DNA of 64,000 nucleotides, taken from contig CAWFDF010000008.1 of the NCBI GenBank assembly GCA_963814585.1, forward strand, positions 288,001 through 352,000, in the 5' to 3' direction. The translations under genes and the position numbers were made by a program. Below the pieces are notes generated by a model that was not told where the DNA came from, ran no database searches, and worked only from the letters and a program-made list of their open reading frames with translations. Each line of letters starts with the position of its first letter. The first letter of the stretch is position 1. Below, one piece after another: positions 1 through 7,290 of the stretch. The stretch is from an uncultured delta proteobacterium (lineage in GTDB: Bacteria > Myxococcota > Myxococcia > Myxococcales > Anaeromyxobacteraceae).

Positions 1-3
1 CGA

Positions 4-471
4 TCAGAAGGACGAGAGGAGCCGCGCGACCCGGACCGCCTCGGCGGCGGCCCCCTGATGGGCGGCGGTGACGGCGACGGCGGGCGGGCGCGGCGGGAAG
101 AAGAGCGGGAGCCGCTTCATGGTCTCCTCCTGGAGCGCCGGCGACATGTTCCTGAAGTTGAGGTTGTCGAGCATGAAGCCCATCGACTCGAGGAAGTGGA
201 GCCCCGCCTCCTGCACCTCACGGTACTCCTCGGTGGCCAGCTGGCGCTTCTCGTGGAGGTAGATGACGTTCTCGCCGGTGCGGGGCACGTGGAGCGCGAC
301 CACGATCGAGAAGGTGCCGTTGGCGTTGCGCAGGCTGCAGAGCAGGCCCTGGACCGACTGGGGCTCCTTGCCCGGGATGGAGATCTGCGGCTGGTTGATG
401 GCCTCGATGATCGCCACCACCTGCTCGCGGGTGGCGGGGACGAACTGGATGCTCGGCTCCGGCGTGAACAC
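4..471 (-). CDS. Conserved myxobacterial hypothetical protein (resembles the ORF found next to tgl)
   Basis: 155-aa ORF, GTG start, GC3-biased codons; the C-terminal motif FLESMGFMLDNLN resembles, from memory, myxobacterial proteins encoded adjacent to tgl. Confidence 0.6.
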   Translation of the reverse strand: MFTPEPSIQFVPATREQVVAIIEAINQPQISIPGKEPQSVQGLLCSLRNANGTFSIVVALHVPRTGENVIYLHEKRQLATEEYREVQEAGLHFLESMGFMLDNLNFRNMSPALQEETMKRLPLFFPPRPPAVAVTAAHQGAAAEAVRVARLLSSF

Positions 472-486
472 GTGACCACCCCCCGG

Positions 487-1200
487 CTATCGGGCCTCGA
501 ACACGTACTCCTCCACCTTGTCGTCCACCTCGGCCGCGGTCCGGGTCATCACGGCGAGCGGGTCGTCGATCATGACGTGGTCACCGCCGACGTTGCCCGC
601 CCCGACCACCAGCTTGAGGGAGACGTCGGGGCTGTGGAAGCGCCGCTCGACCCCCTGCAGCCTCTTGGTGCAGGAGAGCGTCACCTTGTTGCTGCCCGGG
701 CGGAGGTAGCGGGTGATCTCGGTGACCAGCTGCGGGTCGGTCGACTTGACGACCCGGATCCAGCTGGCGTTGATGAAGACCTCGACGTCGTACTGCGTCC
801 CGTCGGGCTGGCTCTGCTCGGTGGCCAGGAAGTAACGGCGGGTGAGGCGTGCCGGCGTCACCGGCTGGGCTCCCGCGACCGCCCCGACCGCGCCGGCACC
901 GGCCGCGGGGACCGGGGGCGCCAGCGGCGCGGGAGGAGCCAGCGGCGCGATCGCCGCTGGCGGAACCGCCCCGACCTGCGCCGGCCCGGGAGCCGGAGCC
1001 GCGCCGGCCACGCGGGCCGCGTAGCCCTTGGCCTGGATCTCCAGGTTGCCCTGGCCGTCGATGACGACGTTGACGTTCTCGAATCTCTGGCTGACGACGC
1101 CGGTGATGTTCACGCCGTTGAGCGTGATGGTGGGCCCCGCCCGGGGCATCGAGGGCCAGGCGATCGCCACCGCGACGAGAGTAAATGCAAGTGAGCGCAT
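487..1200 (-). CDS. Secreted hypothetical protein with Pro/Ala linker
   Basis: Signal-peptide-like N-terminus (MRSLAFTLVAVAIAW); two beta-rich segments separated by a PA-rich linker. Confidence 0.7.
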   Translation of the reverse strand: MRSLAFTLVAVAIAWPSMPRAGPTITLNGVNITGVVSQRFENVNVVIDGQGNLEIQAKGYAARVAGAAPAPGPAQVGAVPPAAIAPLAPPAPLAPPVPAAGAGAVGAVAGAQPVTPARLTRRYFLATEQSQPDGTQYDVEVFINASWIRVVKSTDPQLVTEITRYLRPGSNKVTLSCTKRLQGVERRFHSPDVSLKLVVGAGNVGGDHVMIDDPLAVMTRTAAEVDDKVEEYVFEAR

Positions 1201-1209
1201 CTGCTGGTG

Positions 1210-1238
1210 TTTCTAGCAACTGTGACGTGCCGGGTCAA
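1210..1238 (-). promoter_or_regulatory. Putative sigma70-type promoter
   Basis: TTGACC-N17-TAGAAA on the minus strand, 9 nt upstream of the ATG at 1200. Confidence 0.5.
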
Positions 1239-1257
1239 GGCGACGGCAGGCACGCCC

Positions 1258-1890
1258 TCAGACGCCGCGGGCGTCCGGACCCCAGATCAGCTTGTGCAGC
1301 TGGAGGGACAGCCGCGCCTCGATCCCCGCCGCCAGCAGCCACTCCGCCAGCACCTTCGGCTCGACCGCCGGCACCACCGGCGAGAAGAGGACCGCCACCC
1401 GCCCGGGCAGCCGGTGGCGCCTCGCCACCTCGACCGACCAGTCGAAGTCCGCCCGCGACGCCACCACGAACTTCACCTCGTCGTGCTGCCGGAGCCGCTC
1501 GAGGTAGCCGAAGTCCCTCGTCTCCTCCCCCGAGCCGGGTGGCTTCACGTCGTAGATCCGGATGGCGTCCTCCGGCAAGCCCTCGGCGTCCCGCTGCCCG
1601 TGGGTCTCGACGGTGACCTCCCACCCGCCGGCGAGCAGGTCTCGGCAGAGCCCTGGCAGCTCCGCCTGCAGCAGCGGCTCGCCCCCGGTGAGGCAGACGT
1701 GTCGGACTGGCAGGGCGTCCAGCTCGGCCACGATGGCGTGGCGTGATCGCTCCTCGCCACCCTGGAAGGCGTGGCTGGTGTCGCACCAGGTGCAGCGCAG
1801 ATCACACCCGGTGAAGCGGACGAACGCGCACGGCCGCCCTGCTCGCGTCCCCTCCCCCTGGATGCTCAGGAAGATCTCGGAGACCCGCAT
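1258..1890 (-). CDS. queE: 7-carboxy-7-deazaguanine synthase (radical SAM)
   Basis: EIFLSIQGEG N-terminus, CDLRCTWCDT radical SAM motif, LTGGEP, C-terminal LSLQLHKLIW. Confidence 0.92.
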   Translation of the reverse strand: MRVSEIFLSIQGEGTRAGRPCAFVRFTGCDLRCTWCDTSHAFQGGEERSRHAIVAELDALPVRHVCLTGGEPLLQAELPGLCRDLLAGGWEVTVETHGQRDAEGLPEDAIRIYDVKPPGSGEETRDFGYLERLRQHDEVKFVVASRADFDWSVEVARRHRLPGRVAVLFSPVVPAVEPKVLAEWLLAAGIEARLSLQLHKLIWGPDARGV

Positions 1891-2582
1891 CAGCTGCCCG
1901 GCAGGCGCGAGGCGGCGAAGCGCGGGCCAGGCTCCCCGGGAATGGCCAGCTGGAGCCGCCGATACTCCTCCAGCACCCGCGTGGCGTAACCCACCACCTC
2001 GGGAGGCACGTTGCCGGCCTGGATCCAGGCATAGAGCCGGTTCGGACCGGCGTTGTAGGCCATGAGGGCCACGTCACGATCGGGGTAGCTGTCGAGGCAG
2101 CGACGCAGGTAGCGAACGCCGGCCCGGACGTTGGCGACCGGGTCATGAGGGTCGCGGGCGTCCATGCCGAGCCCGGCCGCTTCCCGCTGGAGCGTCCCGG
2201 GCAGCAGCTGCATCAGGCCGATCGCTCCCGCCGAGCTCACCACCGACGGGTCATAGCCCGACTCGACCTCGATGACGGCCAGCACCAGGCGCGGATCGAG
2301 CCGCACCGCCTCGGCCTCGGCCAGGATGGTCCGCGCCAGGTCCTCGTGGAGCGCCGGATCGAGCCCCGGCATCCGGGTGAAGAGGTGATCCTCGAACTGG
2401 GCCACCCGCAGCTCGCGGAGCGCGTCCGGACAGCCGGCCGCCAGGCAGGCGCCCATCTCCTGCTCGGCGGGACGGATCTTCCGTTCAGGGTCGGAGAGGC
2501 CGGAGGGCACGGTCAGCATGGCCGCGCCCCCGACGGCGGCCAGCCCCAGCCCGAATGCCGCCCTGACCGCCGAGCCGATCAC
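1890..2582 (-). CDS. Lytic transglycosylase (SLT domain), N-terminally membrane-anchored
   Basis: VLAVIEVESGYDP (catalytic Glu), GAIGLMQL and ALMAYNAGP motifs; GTG start at 2582 chosen from the RBS (uncertain); stop overlaps the queE ATG. Confidence 0.88.
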   Translation of the reverse strand: MIGSAVRAAFGLGLAAVGGAAMLTVPSGLSDPERKIRPAEQEMGACLAAGCPDALRELRVAQFEDHLFTRMPGLDPALHEDLARTILAEAEAVRLDPRLVLAVIEVESGYDPSVVSSAGAIGLMQLLPGTLQREAAGLGMDARDPHDPVANVRAGVRYLRRCLDSYPDRDVALMAYNAGPNRLYAWIQAGNVPPEVVGYATRVLEEYRRLQLAIPGEPGPRFAASRLPGS

Positions 2583-2653
2583 GCCCCTCGCCGTCCCACG
2601 CCGGCGCGCCTCTCGGCCTTCGCCGCCGCGGACCCCCCCGTGGCTCCACTCAT

Positions 2654-3064
2654 CTACTCCCCCTTTGGCGTGCTCTTCCTGGCCGAGCGGGCCTTCTGCC
2701 CGCTCTCGATCCGCTTGGCAAGTCGCTCGAACTCGTGATGCAGCTCCTCGACCTGCTCGCGGGTCGCAATCCCCAGGAAGGACACGACCTTCCCCTGCAC
2801 CTCCAGCATACGCTCCAAGGCCTCGGCCCGAAAGATATCGGCCTTGCCTCGCCACTTGTCGGTGCGTTCGCGCCCGGTCTTCTGGAGCAGCTCAACCTTG
2901 CCCCGAAGCTCGGCGAGCCGGTCCTCGACCCGGGCCTCGCTCACCATCTTCTCGAGCACGGCCTCGAGCTCCTTCCGGCCGGCCTTCCCCCTCTTGGCAA
3001 GTTCCTTCAATAGTTCCGGAAGCTTGACTCCTCCGAGCTGACTCACCTTTCGCGTGTCGACCAT
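2654..3064 (-). CDS. Phasin-like / coiled-coil hypothetical protein
   Basis: Lys/Glu-rich helical protein; LGIATREQVEEL resembles the phasin-family C-terminal motif; basic tail. Confidence 0.55.
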   Translation of the reverse strand: MVDTRKVSQLGGVKLPELLKELAKRGKAGRKELEAVLEKMVSEARVEDRLAELRGKVELLQKTGRERTDKWRGKADIFRAEALERMLEVQGKVVSFLGIATREQVEELHHEFERLAKRIESGQKARSARKSTPKGE

Positions 3065-3172
3065 GTCGCCCTCGGGTTATCGGTGGCGACGGGAGGCCGC
3101 CACGACCATCACGGGGCGAATACTGCTCTTGATAATGCGATGCGTCAAGTCAACGCGTTGCGTCGCGTTGCC

Positions 3173-4246
3173 TCAGCCCTTCTGGTCGGCGCCGATGACC
3201 TCATCGATGCACCGGAACCCGTCCCGCTCCATCAGCCGGCAGAGCCCCTCGTTCACCTGGGACGGGAAGCCCGGACCGCCGTAGACGAAGCCGGTGTAGA
3301 CCTGCACCAGCGTCGCACCGGCCCGGAGCTTGGCCCAGGCATCCTCCGCAGACATGACGCCACCCGAGCCGATGATCGGGACCCGGCCCGCGGCCCTCCG
3401 CGCCACCCGACGGATCACCTCGGTGGACCGGGCCGTCAGTGGTGCACCGGAGAGACCGCCCGCCTCTCCAGCGCGAGGGTGCCCCTCGACGCCGGCCCTC
3501 GAGAGCGTGGTGTTGGTGGCGGCGATGGCCGCGACGCCGGCGGCGATGGCCACGTCCACCGCCTCGTCGAGCGCCTCCGGCTCGAGGTCGGGCGCCAGCT
3601 TCACCACCAGCCCCTTCCCCGGGGCGAGCGCCTCGAGCCGGTTCACGCAGGCGCGCAGCAGGCCATCGAGCGCCGCCCGCTCCTGGAGCTGCCGGAGCCC
3701 CGGGGTGTTGGGCGAGGAGATGTTGACCACCAGGTAGTCGGCGAAGCGGTGGAGCGCCTCGATGCAGGCCAGGTAGTCGTCCACCGCCCGCTCGTTGGGC
3801 GTCGTCTTGTTCCTGCCGACGTTGAGCCCGACCACGCCGGTTCGCGCGGCCGGATCGAGGGCCGCCAGCCGCTCGGCGCAGGCCGCGGCCCCCTCGTTGT
3901 TGAAGCCCATCCGGTTGATGAGCGCCCGGTGCTCGGGCAGCCGGAAGAGCCGCGGCCTGTCGTTCCCGGGCTGGGGCCTGGGCGTGATGGTCCCGATCTC
4001 CAGGTGGGAGAAGCCCATCCCCAGCAGCGCCGCGACCGAGACGTCCCCCTTGTCGAAGCCCGCCGCCAGGCCGATGGGGCTCTCGAACTCCAGGCCGAGG
4101 CAGCGCACCCGCAGTCGGGGGTCAGCGCGCGGCCGGCGCCGTCGTGCCAGCGCCGCCGGCACCAGGCGGAGCACGCGGTGGGCCAGGCGGTGGACGAACT
4201 CCGGATCGAAGCGGAAGAGGATCCAGCGGAGCAGGCGCCAGGGCAT
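3173..4246 (-). CDS. pyrD: Quinone-dependent dihydroorotate dehydrogenase
   Basis: FRFDPEFVH, GLAAGFDK, NRMGFNN, VNISSPNTPGLR, GGLSG motifs. Confidence 0.95.
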   Translation of the reverse strand: MPWRLLRWILFRFDPEFVHRLAHRVLRLVPAALARRRRPRADPRLRVRCLGLEFESPIGLAAGFDKGDVSVAALLGMGFSHLEIGTITPRPQPGNDRPRLFRLPEHRALINRMGFNNEGAAACAERLAALDPAARTGVVGLNVGRNKTTPNERAVDDYLACIEALHRFADYLVVNISSPNTPGLRQLQERAALDGLLRACVNRLEALAPGKGLVVKLAPDLEPEALDEAVDVAIAAGVAAIAATNTTLSRAGVEGHPRAGEAGGLSGAPLTARSTEVIRRVARRAAGRVPIIGSGGVMSAEDAWAKLRAGATLVQVYTGFVYGGPGFPSQVNEGLCRLMERDGFRCIDEVIGADQKG

Positions 4247-4257
4247 GGCCGACCTGT

Positions 4258-4734
4258 TTACCGCGGATCGAACACCAGGGTCATGACGATCGCGTCCTCG
4301 TTCTCCTCGGCGTAGTAGCGGGGACGGACCCCCACCGCCCGGTACCCGAGCGAGCGGTAGAGCGCGATGGCCGGTGCGTTGGATCGCCGGACCTCCAGGG
4401 TCGAGAGCCGCGCCCCCAGGCGCCGACCGATCGCCTCGGCCTCCTGCATCAGCGCGCGCCCCACCCCGCGCCGGCGCGCCTCGGGGGCCGTGCCGACATT
4501 GAGGATCTGCACCTCGTCGTGGACCAGCCAGAAGATGACGTAGCCGAGGATCCCGGCCCCGGCCTGCGGGCCGGTCGCCTCCGCCGCCACCAGATGGGAC
4601 CAGGCGTGGCCCAGCTCGGCGCGGAGCAGGTTCTCGGACCACGGGTGGGGGAAGCCGGCCGCCTCGATCGCCATGAGACGCGGCAGGTCGGCCACCACCA
4701 CCGCCCTGAAGCGGAGCGGCGGGACCCCCGTCAC
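4258..4734 (-). CDS. rimI: Ribosomal protein S18 alanine N-acetyltransferase
   Basis: FPHPWS, RRRGVG acetyl-CoA motif, LEVRRSN, RPRYY..EDAIVM. Confidence 0.9.
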   Translation of the reverse strand: MTGVPPLRFRAVVVADLPRLMAIEAAGFPHPWSENLLRAELGHAWSHLVAAEATGPQAGAGILGYVIFWLVHDEVQILNVGTAPEARRRGVGRALMQEAEAIGRRLGARLSTLEVRRSNAPAIALYRSLGYRAVGVRPRYYAEENEDAIVMTLVFDPR

Positions 4735-5402
4735 CGGGCCGGCTCGGCGCGCAGCTCCGGCAGCAGCACGCGGACGTCGGCCCGCGAGCGCAGGTCGGTG
4801 AGCAGCTGCCTGACCTGGGCCTGGGTCCGCTCGCCAGCCAGCCTGGCCCGGGCCGCCTCGCGCGCCTCCGGTGTCGGCGCCAGCGTCCCCTGGCCCGCCA
4901 GCCAGCGAGACACCTCCTCCTCGGAGACCTTCGCGCTGCGGCCGACCCGGTATTCGAGATAGCGCTGCACCCACAGGTCCCGCGCCAGGATCGATCGCAG
5001 CTCGTCCTCGGAGAGCTCCGAGGTGGCGAGGAAGCGCTGGTACGACGCCTCGTCGGCGAAGCGCTGGCGGAAGCGCTGCAGCGCCTGGTCGACCTCGACC
5101 CGCGGGATCTCCGCGAACCTGGCGCGCGCCGCCTCGTCGGCCACCAGCCACTGGTCGATGACCCAGCGCAGCGCCGCCCGGCGGGCGTCGGCGTCGAGCG
5201 GCGCGAACGCCGCCTGCGCCGCCCCCTGGCCCACCAGGGTCACCCTGGCCTCCTCGTCGAGCCGCGTCAGGGTCAGCGGCCTGGGCGCGGCGCTGGATGG
5301 GTTGCGGACCACCGCCACCACCCGATCGAGCACCACGCCGTCGACGGCCGGCGCGGTGTCGGGGGCGGCGGCCAGCAGCAGCGCGAGGGCGAGGGAGCGC
5401 AT
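4731..5402 (-). CDS. SurA N-terminal-like periplasmic chaperone
   Basis: Signal peptide; VLDRVVAVV start and LTDLRSRADVRV end typical of the SurA core; no parvulin domain seen. Confidence 0.65.
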   Translation of the reverse strand: MRSLALALLLAAAPDTAPAVDGVVLDRVVAVVRNPSSAAPRPLTLTRLDEEARVTLVGQGAAQAAFAPLDADARRAALRWVIDQWLVADEAARARFAEIPRVEVDQALQRFRQRFADEASYQRFLATSELSEDELRSILARDLWVQRYLEYRVGRSAKVSEEEVSRWLAGQGTLAPTPEAREAARARLAGERTQAQVRQLLTDLRSRADVRVLLPELRAEPAR

Positions 5403-5430
5403 CCCGGCATGGTAGCGCAGGTCGGCCGTG

Positions 5431-5468
5431 GGTGACCCGACCCGGCAGCTTGGCCGGGTCGGGTCACC
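5431..5468. repeat. Perfect 16-bp inverted repeat in a divergent intergenic region
   Basis: GGTGACCCGACCCGGC-agcttg-GCCGGGTCGGGTCACC. Confidence 0.85.
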
Positions 5469-5478
5469 TGGTCGGCCT

Positions 5479-5506
5479 TTGACGCCCCGCCAAGGCGCGT
5501 TACCTT
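5479..5506 (+). promoter_or_regulatory. Putative sigma70-type promoter of the DnaJ-class gene (leaderless geometry)
   Basis: TTGACG-N16-TACCTT, 6 nt before the GTG start. Confidence 0.55.
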
Positions 5507-5512
5507 GCGGTC

Positions 5513-6487
5513 GTGGCCCAGCGTGACCTCTACCAGATCCTCGGTGTCCCCCGGACCGCCTCCCCCGAGGAGGTGAAGAAGGCCTACCGGAAGCAGGCCC
5601 GTCAGCACCACCCCGACGTCAACCCCGGGAACAAGGCCGCCGAGGAGCGCTTCAAGGAGGCGGCGGCGGCCTTCGAGGTCCTCTCCGATCCGAAGCGCCG
5701 GGCGCTCTACGACGAGTTCGGCCCGGACGCGCTCCGCACCGGCTTCGACGAGCGCCGCGCCGAGGAGGTTCGGCGCTGGCGCAAGGCGGGCGGCCCGCCG
5801 GGCGGCCAGCCGTTCGACCTGGGCGACTTCTCCTCGGTCAACGTCGAGGGGTACGGCCCCTTCGACTTCGGATCCATCTTCGAGACCATCTTCGGCCAGC
5901 AGGGGCGCGGCCGGCCCGGCCACGGCCCGGGCCACGGACGGCGCGCCGCGCCGCGCGGCGGCGAGGACCTGGAGGCCGAGCTCGAGCTGGAGCTGCGCGA
6001 TGCGGTCCTGGGGGCCGAGCGCGACCTCCGGGTGGGCGCCCGCACGCTCCGGGTCACCATCAAGCCGGGCACGGGCGACGGGGCCCGCATCCGGCTGGCC
6101 GGCCAGGGGAGCCCCGGCGAGCGGGGCGGCCCCCCCGGGGACCTGCTCCTCACCGTCCGGCTCCGTCCGCACCCGCTGGTCCGCGTCGACGGGAAGGACC
6201 TCTACCTCGAGCTGCCGCTCACCGTCCCCGAGGTGGTGAACGGCGCCGAGGTGGAGCTGCCGACCTTCGAGGGCAAGGTCCGCTTCGCGGTCACCGCCGG
6301 GACGCCCCCGGGCAAGCAGATCCGGCTCCGCGGCAAGGGGCTGCCCGACCTCCGCGGCGGCCCGCGCGGGGATCTCTACGCCGTCGTGAAGCTCGTCCTT
6401 CCCGAGCCGAGCGACGCGCTCCGCGAGGCGGTCCGTGGGCTCGGGCCGCTCTACAAGGGTGATCCACGGGCGGGCATCTCGTTGTAG
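5513..6487 (+). CDS. DnaJ-class chaperone (CbpA-like, no zinc finger)
   Basis: J-domain with HPD motif, G/F-rich linker, DnaJ C-terminal domain, no CxxCxGxG repeats. Confidence 0.92.
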   Translation: MAQRDLYQILGVPRTASPEEVKKAYRKQARQHHPDVNPGNKAAEERFKEAAAAFEVLSDPKRRALYDEFGPDALRTGFDERRAEEVRRWRKAGGPPGGQPFDLGDFSSVNVEGYGPFDFGSIFETIFGQQGRGRPGHGPGHGRRAAPRGGEDLEAELELELRDAVLGAERDLRVGARTLRVTIKPGTGDGARIRLAGQGSPGERGGPPGDLLLTVRLRPHPLVRVDGKDLYLELPLTVPEVVNGAEVELPTFEGKVRFAVTAGTPPGKQIRLRGKGLPDLRGGPRGDLYAVVKLVLPEPSDALREAVRGLGPLYKGDPRAGISL

Positions 6488-6534
6488 AACCACGGCGCGC
6501 CGCCCGCGCGGGACCTGGAGCGGCCGGAGGCGGG

Positions 6535-7284
6535 ATGGGAATCTTCGATCTGTTTGGCTCGGCCACCGATCGCGAGCAGGCGCAGCTGAAGAAGCTGGGC
6601 CGCAAGGTGACCGAGAAGTACGGGCCGCCCGAGAACCGGCAGAACGGCATCGCCCTGCTGGCCGAGCTCGGCACCCCGGGCGCGCTGCGCACGCTCTGCC
6701 AGCGCTTCACGGTCCACGCCGATCCGGGCATCACCGACCAGGAGGAGAAGGAGTCGGTCTGCGGCCACCTGGTCGACGCCGGGCGCGCCGCCATCGGCCC
6801 GCTCACCGACTTCATCCGCGATCAGGAGAGCGGCATCGCCTGGGGGCTCCGGGCGCTGGCCGCGGTGGCCACGCCCGACGAGGTGCTCGACGTGGTGGTG
6901 GCGGAGCTGACCCGGCTGTCCCGGGTCTACCAGCGCGATCCCGAGAAGAAGCTGACCTTGCTGGCGTGGGTGAGCGAGCACCACGCCGGCGCGGAGGCCG
7001 CCGGCCTGGAGGGGGCGCTGCGGGCGCTGCTGGAGGACTTCTCCGACGACGTCCGCATCGGCGCGGCCCGGGCCCTGGCCGGCCTCCCGCTCGTCGAGCC
7101 GACGCGCACCGCGCTCGTCGAGCTGCTGATCCGTGATGCCGGCAACGCCCGGGTCCGAGGCGAGGTGCTGGCGGCCCTGCACCGGCTCCGGGCCGACGTG
7201 AAGGGGTACCGCCCGTCGGTGGAGCCGCTGCTGGTGGAGCCGTGGTTCCTCGACAAGGATGGCGTGGTGAAGCGGCGCGGCTGA
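6535..7284 (+). CDS. HEAT-repeat protein
   Basis: Helical repeats such as LLEDFSDDVRIGAARAL and LIRDAGNARVRGEVLAAL; GGAGG RBS. Confidence 0.75.
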   Translation: MGIFDLFGSATDREQAQLKKLGRKVTEKYGPPENRQNGIALLAELGTPGALRTLCQRFTVHADPGITDQEEKESVCGHLVDAGRAAIGPLTDFIRDQESGIAWGLRALAAVATPDEVLDVVVAELTRLSRVYQRDPEKKLTLLAWVSEHHAGAEAAGLEGALRALLEDFSDDVRIGAARALAGLPLVEPTRTALVELLIRDAGNARVRGEVLAALHRLRADVKGYRPSVEPLLVEPWFLDKDGVVKRRG

Positions 7285-7290
7285 GCGACC

